DNA of 64,000 nt from Amoebophrya sp. A120 (taxonomy: Eukaryota > Protista > Dinoflagellata). The notes under the pieces are model-generated. The model was not told the DNA's origin. It did not search any database and worked only from the letters and a program-made list of their open reading frames with translations. Location of the stretch: positions 3,251,319 through 3,315,318 of the forward strand of contig CAJINV010000003.1 of NCBI GenBank assembly GCA_905178155.1, in the 5' to 3' direction. Below, piece by piece: positions 23,996 to 35,985 of this stretch (its first letter is position 1; each line of letters opens with the position of its first letter). The position numbers and the translations under genes are program-made.

Positions 23996-26530
23996 GCGGA
24001 TGGACGGGTTGGAGAGGCCGCTGACCAAATCGCCCCGAGATCGCGATCTCGGGACGATTTGGTCCCCGGCCTCTCCAACCCGTCCATCCGCGGCCGACCA
24101 CATCTTTGGTCATCGGCCTCGCCAGCCCGTCCATCCGCGGACGACCAAATCGGGCCGAGATCGCGATCTCGGGACGATTTGGTCATCGGCCTCTCCAACC
24201 CGTCCATCCGCGGCCGACCAAATCGGCCCGAGATCGCGATCTCGGGACGATTTGGTCATCGGCCTCTCCAACCCGTCCATCCGCGGCCGACCAAATCGGC
24301 CCGAGATCGCGATCTCGGGACGATTTGGTCATCGGCCTCTCCAACCCGTCCATCCGCGGCCGACCAAATCGGCCCGAGATCGCGATCTCGGGACGATTTG
24401 GTCATCGGCCTCTCCAACCCGTCCATCCGCGGCCGACCAAATCGGCCCGAGATCGCGATCTCGGGACGATTTGGTCATCGGCCTCTCCAACCCGTCCATC
24501 CGCGGCCGACCAAATCGGCCCGAGATCGCGATCTCGGGACGATTTGGTCATCGGCCTCTCCAACCCGTCCATCCGCGGCCGACCAAATCGGCCCGAGATC
24601 GCGATCTCGGGACGATTTGGTCATCGGCCTCTCCAACCCGTCCATCCGCGGCCGACCAAATCGGCCCGAGATCGCGATCTCGGGACGATTTGGTCATCGG
24701 CCTCTCCAACCCGTCCATCCGCGGCCGACCAAATCGGCCCGAGATCGCGATCTCGGGACGATTTGGTCATCGGCCTCTCCAACCCGTCCATCCGCGGCCG
24801 ACCAAATCGGCCCGAGATCGCGATCTCGGGACGATTTGGTCATCGGCCTCTCCAACCCGTCCATCCGCGGCCGACCAAATCGGCCCGAGATCGCGATCTC
24901 GGGACGATTTGGTCATCGGCCTCTCCAACCCGTCCATCCGCGGCCGACCAAATCGGCCCGAGATCGCGATCTCGGGACGATTTGGTCATCGGCCTCTCCA
25001 ACCCGTCCATCCGCGGCCGACCAAATCGGCCCGAGATCGCGATCTCGGGACGATTTGGTCATCGGCCTCTCCAACCCGTCCATCCGCGGCCGACCAAATC
25101 GGCCCGAGATCGCGATCTCGGGACGATTTGGTCATCGGCCTCTCCAACCCGTCCATCCGCGGCCGACCAAATCGGCCCGAGATCGCGATCTCGGGACGAT
25201 TTGGTCATCGGCCTCTCCAACCCGTCCATCCGCGGCCGACCAAATCGGCCCGAGATCGCGATCTCGGGACGATTTGGTCATCGGCCTCTCCAACCCGTCC
25301 ATCCGCGGCCGACCAAATCGGCCCGAGATCGCGATCTCGGGACGATTTGGTCATCGGCCTCTCCAACCCGTCCATCCGCGGCCGACCAAATCGGCCCGAG
25401 ATCGCGATCTCGGGACGATTTGGTCATCGGCCTCTCCAACCCGTCCATCCGCGGCCGACCAAATCGGCCCGAGATCGCGATCTCGGGACGATTTGGTCAT
25501 CGGCCTCTCCAACCCGTCCATCCGCGGCCGACCAAATCGGCCCGAGATCGCGATCTCGGGACGATTTGGTCATCGGCCTCTCCAACCCGTCCATCCGCGG
25601 CCGACCAAATCGGCCCGAGATCGCGATCTCGGGACGATTTGGTCATCGGCCTCTCCAACCCGTCCATCCGCGGCCGACCAAATCGGCCCGAGATCGCGAT
25701 CTCGGGACGATTTGGTCATCGGCCTCTCCAACCCGTCCATCCGCGGCCGACCAAATCGGCCCGAGATCGCGATCTCGGGACGATTTGGTCATCGGCCTCT
25801 CCAACCCGTCCATCCGCGGCCGACCAAATCGGCCCGAGATCGCGATCTCGGGACGATTTGGTCATCGGCCTCTCCAACCCGTCCATCCGCGGCCGACCAA
25901 ATCGGCCCGAGATCGCGATCTCGGGACGATTTGGTCATCGGCCTCTCCAACCCGTCCATCCGCGGCCGACCAAATCGGCCCGAGATCGCGATCTCGGGAC
26001 GATTTGGTCATCGGCCTCTCCAACCCGTCCATCCGCGGCCGACCAAATCGGCCCGAGATCGCGATCTCGGGACGATTTGGTCATCGGCCTCTCCAACCCG
26101 TCCATCCGCGGCCGACCAAATCGGCCCGAGATCGCGATCTCGGGACGATTTGGTCATCGGCCTCTCCAACCCGTCCATCCGCGGCCGACCAAATCGGCCC
26201 GAGATCGCGATCTCGGGACGATTTGGTCATCGGCCTCTCCAACCCGTCCATCCGCGGCCGACCAAATCGGCCCGAGATCGCGATCTCGGGACGATTTGGT
26301 CATCGGCCTCTCCAACCCGTCCATCCGCGGCCGACCAAATCGGCCCGAGATCGCGATCTCGGACCGATTTGGTCACCGGCCTCCCCAACCCGTCCAGCCG
26401 CGGCCGACCAAATCGTCCCGAGACCTTTGGTCATGCGTCGGCCTCCCCAACCCGTCGAGCCGAGACCGCGATCTCGAGCCGATTTGGTCAGCCGCCTCGC
26501 TAGAGGTGGGCCAAATGGCTGGCCTCGTCA
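23996..26530. repeat. Tandem array of 73-bp units, each containing a 42-bp near-perfect palindrome
   Basis: 30 essentially identical units from 24145 to 26334 plus degenerate units at both ends. Core GACCAAATCG-G-CCCGAGATCGCGATCTCGGG-A-CGATTTGGTC. Confidence 0.97.
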
Positions 26531-26557
26531 ACCCGTGAACGTTCACTCGCGGTCTGG

Positions 26558-29500
26558 TCAGTCCAATTGTCTGGAGATCGGGGAGGGGGCAAGAAGGCGC
26601 GTGTCGTAGCTGCTGGACGCGTCTTCTTCGCTGTCGCTGCTGCCGTCTTCTTCGCTGTCGCTGCTGCTGTCGCTGCTGCTGTCCAATTCCGCCTCCAAAG
26701 ACAGAGGCCCAAGCGACGGATCTGCTTCCTTTCTTAGGAACCTCCAGTCCGCCGCATCATCCGGCGGCCCGGCGTGGTAGTCGAGCGCCTCCTCGGAAAC
26801 TGCAAAGGTTTCGCAATGAGCCCTCGCGACGCGCATGTGCTCCGCGAGCATCGCCGGAGTGGCCCGGTCCCCCTCAGGCAGTGGCTGCGCGGAGAACCTG
26901 GTTGTTGATCAGTTGGATCGATGAAAGGACGGAACTATGAACGACGATGTGCATACGCAATGGATTCAACAAAGACGAGAAGGAGAGCTGCTGGGGATGG
27001 CGCAACAACATCATTTCATACCTAGCCGTGACCCACTGCGCCCGGCGCGCCCATGCCGCTAACAACGCGCTGGCCCCTGCGGGACCTATTCCGCGCGTTG
27101 CCTTCTGACGGCACCCCGACCGCTGCGCGCGAAGCAAACGCCGCCCGTCCGGGTTGGCGGTGACGTCTGCGTACCGCAGCCGCCATTTCGCGGGCGCCAG
27201 CTTGCTAGGCCGGGTGTATAGGTTCGACGCATCCGAACTCCAAACGAAGAGCCCGCTGAGAGTTTCACGAGACCCCGCGGGCAGATTACGCTGCTTCTCG
27301 ATGAACGCTCGCAAGGTCTGAAGCGCCTGCCGCCGCTGCTCTTCCTCTTGCGCGCTGCGCTGCTGCGTCTGCCGTAGAGCTTTCTTTCCGAACTTCAAGC
27401 CCAGGTGCCGTCGATCTGCAGGCCCGGCGGCTGCGCCGTTCGCGTCCAACGAACTCGCTGCGCCGGCTGCACTGTTGCCCGACCCGGCTGCCCCGGACAC
27501 ACTGCTGGCGGCCTGCTGCGTGGCTGCCGGACGGCGCCTTCCGATGTCTTCCCAAATAATTCCGACGGTGGGGCCTCCTCCCGCCATCGGCTCTTCGTCG
27601 CTCTCGGTCGCATCATCGTCTGAGAGAGCGACTCTCTCGCTGAACACTGCCACTTCTTCCACGACGCGAACGTTGATCGGTGCGAGGGGCTGCTCCCCAG
27701 GCAGCTCATAAGCAGCGAACACCTCAACGAGGTACACCCGGTATCGGCCCGGGTCATCCATCCCGAAGTAGCTGCACTGTGCGGGGGAGTGAGTGGACAC
27801 CGTGCGCCACGTCAGCGGGTCCGCAAGCAGGTGCAGGCTCCCGTCCGCCTGCAACGTCACTGCGACGCCCAAACCGTGCTGCTTCGAGCCCCCTAATAGG
27901 TACGGGAAAACGTAGTACGCGCTCTCGGGTTTCGGGTAGTATCGCCCGGGAGGAAGGAGAAACTCCACCAGCAACATATTAGGCGTTGCGTCCTCGCCCG
28001 ATGCGGGTTCTGCTGCTGCTGCAGCTGCTGGGCGTGCGCTCGCGTTCGTGCCTGGGGCCGGTGCGGGCGCTGCTGCTGCTGCAGCTGCTGGGCGTGCGCT
28101 CGCGTTCGTGCCTGGGGCCGGTGCGGGCGCTGCTGCTGCTGCAGCTGCTGGGCGTGCGCTCGCGTTCGCGCCCGGGGCTTCTGGGTTCTTGTCCAAAGCG
28201 CGCGACTCAGGGTTCTTGTCCAAAACGTGCGGGTCCAACAAGAAGGGCGCGGGCGTTGATGTGCTGGGAGGCTTCGCGTTGAAGCGCGTTTGAAGACCTC
28301 GCAGACCGACGCCGAACTTCGCCTCCTGGGCGGCTTTCTTGGACAGCTCAACGTTGGCGGTGCCGGCGCTGACTTTGACCGCCTCGCCCGGCGCGGTGGT
28401 GGGCAGCCCGGGCGGCTGCGGGGCCGCTCGCATGAGCTTCTTCTTCGCCTCCCAGAGATCCTTAGCCAGGCGAGTCCCCCTCGCCGCCCGCCCCCGCATC
28501 ACGAACTGGGAGGATGCGGGATCTCCGCTCGTTTTCACCGAGCGGAATTCCCGCTTACTCCCTTGGTACGCCCTCTCCCGGGCCGTGGCCTGCAGCACCG
28601 CCTGCCCCGACCCTTTTGTCCCGAGGACGCTGGAAACGAAGGACGCCGCAGTGTTGTACGTTTCGATCGTCCACGCGCTCTGCCGCTGTGCGGCCACTTC
28701 CTCAGGCTTTGCGCAGAATTCGCGAGCGTCCTGTCGCTCCCCAGCTCGTTGCTCATCGCGCGCGGCTGTCCGCGCATCGGCGTCCACCTGCCACGCCAGC
28801 TGCTGCACCGGGGAAAACGCCGCACTACTCCCTCGCAGGGTCTTGGTCTGTTTCCGCATCTCCGCGGTGCTGGAGAATGCCCGGCAGATCTTCCCGCCGT
28901 GCTCGCGGTAATTCGTCCCGTCTGCGAGACCTCTCGCATGCTGCCACTTCTGCCCGGCAAGGCGCGCGCGGCGGTACGCGCCGGCTATGGCGCTCCTGTT
29001 TGTCGCCGCGCCCTTGCGCTCGAGAGACTCGAGCCGGCCGGTCCTCTGCGCGACAGCATGCCGGGACTCGACCCGGTGGGTCGTCCGCCGCAGACGGAGG
29101 CGCGCCGTGCTGACCCTGCTGACCAGCTTAAGCCGTGCCGCTGGCGCGGCTTTCCGCTGCAGCGCTCTGTGCAGACTGCGGAGCCCGCCGGGGTGCTGCT
29201 TGACCCGTTCCGGCAGCGCGCCGGCCGTAAAAGTCTCAACGATTTCGCTGCGCTGCGCCGGCGTAGTTGCGGCTTCGAAGTTCTTGTACCAGTTGCCCTC
29301 CGGGTCATCCTCTCGTGACCAGCGAAACAAGCACTCCGAGCACCAGGCTAGCACGAAAAGCACTCCGCCCGTGTGCACCGCCTGAATCAGGTCACGCCCG
29401 AAGGCATCCGCCAGTGGAGGGAGAGCCGCGGCCATTGCCCGCAGCGCCTCGCTTGCGGCGGTTTTGGCGCGATTTTGCAGCTGCTCGTCAGTTCGGCCGC

Positions 29501-31382
29501 CAAGGGTTGCGTCTTTCTGCAGCATGTGAAAAATTTCATCCGCTGGGGCGCTGGCGAGACCGAGGCAGAGAATCAGCACTGGCAGCAGGCTATCAATCTC
29601 GCGAAGGAACTGCCCCTTGCCTAAGTCGAGGGGAAGGAAGCGGCTCAAGAAAGGAACGGGGGGCGCCCCCTGTACTTGCAAAAACAGGGCCGGGATTAAG
29701 CTCCGACACACGCTTCCGAAATTGCCCCGCCTGCTCTCGACTGCGACGCCGGGATTGCCCAGCACATTCAACACCTCGCCCGCGACGACAGCGTCGGAGA
29801 CCTGTCCGCCGGCCCAGGTTTCCTCTTCCGCTGGATCTGGGGATCGCTCCCCCAAAATCGCACGGAAACTGGCCACGCGGCTGCTCAACTGACTCATTGG
29901 AGCCGTAACCATGCCCAGCGCGTCTGCTACTGTGTGCAAATCGGTCTCCCGAAGAGCGGGGCCGGGTGCAGCAGCGTCAAGCGGGTGCATCACCTGAGGC
30001 AGGAGCGCGCCCCGTGGGGTAGTCAGCTGCCCCCGCAGTTTGTAGCGGTTGCGACTGAGCGCGAGGGACACCCGTCGCACGGCCCGGAACAGCCCACCGC
30101 GATCCAGCCCCAGGGAATTGGCGAAAGCGTCCAGGGACCGCCCAAACGCGTTGTGGACCGGGTGGGCCGTACAGCGGAGGACGGTCTGCACAACTGCTCC
30201 ATCACTTTCCGCAATCTGCCGAAGGTGCGGCGCGGCCTGCGCGGTGATTATGGTGTCCGTCATTTCCATGACGTAGTGGCACGCTGTGCTCTCCGCCTCA
30301 TCCGTATGGTGGCCAATTACCTGTGTAATGTTTACCAAGATCAAGAACGACGCGACACTGCCGAAGCAAGAGGCAGTCCTCTTTCTCCTACAGACAAGAG
30401 GCAATCTTTCTACTACAGAATACTCTAAGAGTCGCTGTACCCAGAAGGGGTCGTGGGTCGGCCCGGGTCTTGGCAGGTATTTTTCCATCGCGGTGCAGAC
30501 ACAGTGCGCCATTCTGAAGGCCTTGCTCTGCAAGTTCCACGTCGCACCACCTTGCTCTGCTGATTCCTCAAGGAGAAACAAATCCGCCGGCAGGGTCACC
30601 GAAGCGCCCGTGCGAAGATCTTCTGCCTCCAGCACCATCACGCTGAACTTTTGATTCGGGTCAACGTCCCGGGTGACGCGTTTTGTTGTCGTGGTCTCAT
30701 CGCACTTCTTCCGCGGCTGCGCTAGGGCCGCCCCCTGCGTGCCGTCCCATGAGCAGTGCAGCACCCCCGTATTCGTGCGGGCGAAAAGCGCATCACGCAG
30801 CGCGTCGCTGAAGAGCGAATCCACCTGCACCAGCTGCTGCGTTGTCAGCACCGCCTGCTTGTCCAGATACTTGGCCATAAGCGACCCTGGGGGAGGGGGT
30901 CGCGTGCTGGGGGCGTCCGAGCTCTCGCGACCGGCATCAGCTCCATGCTCGTCCCGCAAAACGCACGCCCAAGTGCGCTCTTCTACGCAAGCGATGGCGG
31001 GTGGACCTCCGTCGTCTCCGCCGCGTCCACGTGCTGGCACTTCCGCCGTCTCCACCGCGTCTTCTGCTGCTCTCCCGCGAAGCCTGTCTGCTTCGCGCTC
31101 GTCGCGCTCGTCATTAAGCAAGAACCTGTCCGCGTCTATATCCTCAGCAGCTGCGTCCTCGTGTCCGCCTTCGTGCCCACTCTTGCCTCGTCGGAAAGCA
31201 GCTGTTCGTCGAGTCGGCGACCCGGTGGCCCGCGCCTGTTTCCGCGTGGGGCCCGGGGACCCTTGGCCGCGGCGGTGCGGTGATCTCCCCTCAGCGGCAC
31301 GGCGCTTGTTGTCTTCATGGCGAAACTCTTCCAGGTCTCCCCGTCGGTACAGGGTGCTTGGGAAGCGTTTCGGCTTCAGCAT
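26558..31382 (-). CDS. Candidate DDE transposase (CxxH-type, hAT/Mutator/P-related clan); exons 31382-27022 and 26897-26558
   Basis: Motifs HCSWD213G, GHHTD361EA, LRC404TAH407PVHNAF and TTHRVE772SRHA in the expected order. Phase-2 GT..AG intron 27021-26898 adds an acidic C-terminal exon. Lies inside the TIR/TSD-bounded element. Confidence 0.65.
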
Positions 31383-32038
31383 CTGGCTTTATACTCTTCT
31401 TTGTTCTTCCGACAGCGCGTGTCTGTACCTCGCTCAGAAGACTCTCTCGCTCAGAAGACTCTTCGTTGTTCTTTCGAAAGCACCTTCTCGCTCAGAAGAT
31501 TGGTGTCTGTACCTCCTCGCTCAGAAGCCCCTCCTGTGCCCTCAACTCGCTCAGACTTGGTGTCTGTACCTTCTCGCTCAGAAGCCCCTCCTGTGCCCTC
31601 AACTCGCTCAGACTGCTCTCAAAAGAAATGGGACAACGCGTGGCGTATCTAGAACAACAGGGCGTCGGCGTTGGTACTCAAGCAACTCACGGAAAGGATG
31701 CCGCGCCGGTGGCACACATATCGCCTATACGGCCACGATCGTAAATCCAGCCGACAGACTTGTCGTGTGTTGAATTTCAATTCCGACAAACAGATCCAGC
31801 CAACAAAGAATCGTAATTCCACATCCAGCCAACAAAGAATCGCAATTCCACCCAAACGATAATCCTATAATCCTTTCCGTGTGTCAGTTCCTTTCTTTCC
31901 GTATCAGTATCAATCCTTCCAAGTCAATCGATCCTTCCAAAACAAAGGAATCTTCCCAAAGTGAAGCATTTCGCGTGAAGCAGTATGCTGATCATCAACG
32001 GCGCGCGTCATCAGTTGCGTCAGGTTGGCGGCGGCTCA

Positions 32039-32660
32039 TCACATCGGTTGGCGGGGCCGTGCCGGTTCATCCCCGGCCGCGGGCGCCGGGGAGAGGGTGT
32101 GTTTCGTTTCCCACTCCACGTCGTACTGGTCCACTTCCCACTCCAGGTGGTGCCCCAGATGGTCCGCTTCCCACTCCAGGTTACCGGTCCACTCCAACGC
32201 CCGCGCCGGGATGGTCGGCTCCCGTTTTTCCGGGACTACAAATCCCGCGCTGTTGATTTGAATAAAATGACGATTCGAATTGAATGACCTGTGCATTCCA
32301 TGAATACCAATACCATCGCCCCAATCACCAGGCAACTACTGTTAACGGCGCATCCTAAAACAAAAAATAACAACGGTCCGAGAGATACCGGAGAGCGTTC
32401 CGCCGAACTTTGTAGGCGGCACGGTGCGTCTTGGCGCGCATCTTTGCGCCCTTGTACGCCGCCTTCGCGCATCTGGTCGCCAATGTGTTGCCGTGTTTGC
32501 GCTTGAGCTGTTTGTACTGCTGCTTCTTTTCCAGGTACTTATTAATTTCCTCCTTCAGATCGCGGCGGCGAATCGCGAGATCCTTCTCCGCAGACGTGGG
32601 TGGGGTGTACCCTCGCTCGATGGCATCGCGCCACTCCCCTTCGGGCTTGAACCATTCCAT
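32039..32660 (-). CDS. Small basic cargo protein (160 aa); exons 32660-32389 and 32249-32039
   Basis: Phase-2 GT..AG intron 32388-32250; K/R-rich helical N-terminal half. Confidence 0.55.
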
Positions 32661-33284
32661 CCTGCAGAAGTGTACAAGAGCTCGTGCAAAATAAAAGGGG
32701 GCGAGCAGTGTAAAAGAGCCAAAGATGAAGACGACAATCGAAATAGGTAGAAAATAGGTGGACTTGAAGGAACTTGAAGGAACAGTATGAAGATGACAAT
32801 CGAAATAAACAACAGCGCACAACTACAGAAGCTTTTGAGTCGATCCCGATACGTAGAAGATGTCCTACAGACTGGTCGAATACGCTACTGGCACGCTACA
32901 GACTGGTCGAATAGGCTACCGGCTACTGGTACAGCGACGAGGAGAATACGCTACTGGCACAGCAGGCACAGCAAACAGCAAAAAGAGACCGGGAACGGGC
33001 TCTTGAAAGCGACCGGCTGGCAACTGGCCGCCGTACTGGCTCGCGCGCGTGCTCGCGCTGCACCCCTTCCACCAGGCTAGGGCGCGGGGGCTCGAAGCTC
33101 GCCCGTGCCCAACCCTGCGCTGCTGCGCGTGCTACGCGCGGGCCCCGGCCCGCGATTTCCGAGGGAGCCCCTCGGACTGCCGCCCCCGACGACTAGAGTC
33201 GGGGGCGGCAGTCGGGGGCGGCAGTCCGCACGACCTTCGGCCCAGGCGGTCCCTCAAAAATACAATCCTTATCCCGGGCGGCCC

Positions 33285-33525
33285 ACCGCCCGAAAAATAC
33301 ATTTGCGGAAAATCGCGCGCGATTTTCTCGAATGAGCCGAAACAGCTCGGCGGGATACGGACTTTATTTTTTCTGCGGGCGCGAATGCGCCGAAAATGAT
33401 CACCGCCCGAAAAATAAGGTCCTTATCCCGCCGAGCGGTTTCGGCTCATTTGGAGAAAATCGCGCGCGATTTTCTCGAATGAGCCGAAACAGCTCGGCGG
33501 GATAGGGACCTTATTTTTTTCGCGG
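33285..33525. repeat. 110-bp near-perfect palindrome (33410-33519) preceded by a partial direct copy
   Basis: AAAAATAAGGTCCTTATCCCGCCGAGCGGTTTCGGCTCATTTGGAGAAAATCGCG|CGCGATTTTCTCGAATGAGCCGAAACAGCTCGGCGGGATAGGGACCTTATTTTT; centre and right arm repeated at ~33308-33372. Confidence 0.9.
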
Positions 33526-33539
33526 GCGCGCACGGCCAG

Positions 33540-33990
33540 CGGCGCTATGCCATAGCCGTTGGCTTCTCAGGCATTCCCCAGCGGTAAGCCAGCCTAAAAG
33601 CCTCTCAGCCGAAAGAACTCAGAGGCTAAACTGACTCAGCGAGCCATAGAACTCAGAAGGAAAACTAAAAAGAACTCAGCGGGCCATAGCCGTTGGCTTC
33701 TCACGGTAAAGCTGAGCGCCAGAAACGCGAGAACGCAGCAGCAGAAAATCCGAAACGGAAAACGATCGAGCATTCGCATGCGTATCCTGATGCGAACCAA
33801 AGACATGCTCAAGATCGGTCCGTCTGTCCAAGCACATGTTCAAGATGTGGATCCGATCGGTCTTTCTGTCCAAGATCCAAATGTTCAAGCTCCGCCGTCG
33901 TGCTTTCCAAGATCCAAATCAAATGTTCAAGCTCCGCCGTCGTGCTTTCCAAGATCCAAATCAAACACATGTTCAAGCTCCGCCGTCGTG
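33540..33990. repeat. Degenerate direct-repeat block
   Basis: 2x GCCATAGCCGTTGGCTTCTCA, repeated AGAACTCAG, 3x ATGTTCAAGCTCCGCCGTCGTG, 3x TCCAAGATCCAAAT. Confidence 0.75.
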
Positions 33991-34302
33991 TTCAGAATGT
34001 GGACAGTCCTTTCGATGCGTCCAGTTCTGTCGTGGCGAAAATCGCCTTCAGCAAGTTGTTATTTGTTTGCTTTTTTCAAGTTAAGTTGATAATTGTTCGT
34101 TGAGTGTTGATATTTGTTGAAAGTTGCTATTTGTTTGAGAGTTTTTTCGACGCGAACACATGGGCACGGGCACGCTCAAAATTCAGCACGTTCGTTCGTT
34201 CGCTTTTTCCAGCGTGAAAGCTGAAGTTCATACTCGTCCAAGTATCCAAGGGCTGAAGTTGTTCCCAGCGTGAGCGTCCAAGTATCCAAGGGTTGCAGTG
34301 GT

Positions 34303-34913
34303 TTAGTCCAACACGATCGGGTCGGAAGGTGTGCCGGCAGCGGATTCATCCGCGTCGGAGAAGTCCGACAACACGATCACCTGGGGCGGGGGCTTCAACC
34401 TGTTTCGAAGAATTTGATGAATTGCGGTTGCAAGAATTTGAAGAAGCGAGCGTCCGAAGAATGCAAAACAAAAAGAAGCGAGTGTCTGAAGAATGCAAAA
34501 AGAAGCGAAGATGACATGCAAAAAAAAGAATGTAACTGTTACCGCTTCTGCTCGCGCCACTTTCGCGCTTCCTGCTCCTGCCGCTCCCGGAGCTGGTCCT
34601 GCTGGCTGCTGCTGCTCTCTGCTCCGCGCTTCCTGCTGCTGCTGCTGCCTCCGCTCGCGGCTGCTGCTGCTGCTGCTGCTTCCGCTCCTTCCGCCGGCTG
34701 CTGCTGCTTCCGCTCCAGACCCTCCTTCGGCTTCGCCTTCGGATCTTTTTCGAGAAAAACCTCCTCGGGATCCTCATACGGCTGGGACCGCTGAAGGCTG
34801 GCCCCCGTCCTCAATTCCTCGGCGGTCGCGCGGCGAGTCAGCTTCTCATTCGCCCGGTAGGTCGGCGTCGCTGGCGATGCCGGATCGCCCACTGCGGGCG
34901 GCTTCACAGACAT
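34303..34913 (-). CDS. Disordered cargo protein (155 aa) with C-terminal SUMO-interacting-like motifs; exons 34913-34543 and 34399-34303
   Basis: Phase-2 GT..AG intron 34542-34400; the product ends 'PPQVIVLSDFSDADESAAGTPSDPIVLD*'. Confidence 0.6.
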
Positions 34914-35169
34914 GAGGTACAAGCGGAGTAGTACAAGTAGATTCGAGAGAAAGACAGTAGAAGTGCAAATGCGAGAAAAGGAAAGTAATGCGAGAAAGTT
35001 TAGTAGAAGCGCAGATGCGAGAAAAGGAAAGTAATGCGAGCAAGTTTGATACAAGTAGAAAGTAGATGCGAGAAGGTCGAAAGCACAAGCGTGCACTTAG
35101 TCGCAAAACCTGTTGAGTTCACTGTCGTAAAACTTTGTCGTAGTTGGTTCGAAAGCAGCGTAAACTTAG

Positions 35170-35700
35170 TTCATTAGATATCGAGACTCATACGCGCTCT
35201 TGCAACATGATCATCTTGAACCTGATCGGCAGAACCACTTCCACGATCTTATGAAGAACCAGCGCCACTGCACCAGAACCACAAACCACTTGTACAGATC
35301 GAGAGTAGACCGCGCTCTTGCACGATGATCATCTTGAGCCCGATGTTCAGAACCACTTGATCATATTGAGCCTGATCTTCAGAGCCACTTGTGCGACCTT
35401 ATGAAGAGCCATCATCTTGAGCCCGATGCTCAGAACCACGGGATCATCTTGAGCCTGATCTTCAGAACCACTTGTGCGACCTTATGAAGAACCAGCGTCG
35501 CTTCACCGGAAGCGCTTGTGCGATCTTAGCAGAACCACAAGTCGAGCCTAACCTGATCAGAAAGAAACTAGAGCCACTTGCGCGATCTTATCAAGAACCA
35601 CATGCGCGATCTTATCAAGAACCTGATGGGCAGAGCATGAACGAGGACCATCCTACGGAGCTGCTTGATCGAAAAACGCAACCGAGCTGCTTGATCGAAA
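35170..35700. repeat. GATC-rich degenerate repeat block
   Basis: Many copies of GATCATCTTGAGCC(C/T)GAT..TCAGAACCAC and GATCTTAT(G/C)AAGAACC. Confidence 0.75.
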
Positions 35701-35985
35701 TCGTGCTTGTCTGTTGTTGCGAGCTGCTGTTGCGGATTGCGCAGCAACTGCTATTTTTTTTTTTGACACTGTTAGTTCTCGAGACAATTGAGCTGCTGTT
35801 CTGCCGCGCAGACACAGTAATATTCATTTGCGAAGAAGGGTGTGCTGAACGAATCGCGCGAAGAAATTCATAATCATACGGCATCCATCAGAAGAACTGT
35901 CGTTTTGTCCATGAGGACGGAAGAGCTGTCGTCTTGTCCACAAGAAGCATTGCGGTGCTGCTCTGTTGCTCAGCGACATGCGAGC

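Noticed and set aside
23996-26530. CRISPR array (palindromic repeat plus ~31-bp spacer)
   Set aside because: The spacers are identical, there are no cas genes and the context is eukaryotic; it is a tandem satellite.
24000-26609. Three 810-869-aa ORFs on the + strand
   Set aside because: Artefacts of a stop-free 73-bp repeat cycling through all frames.
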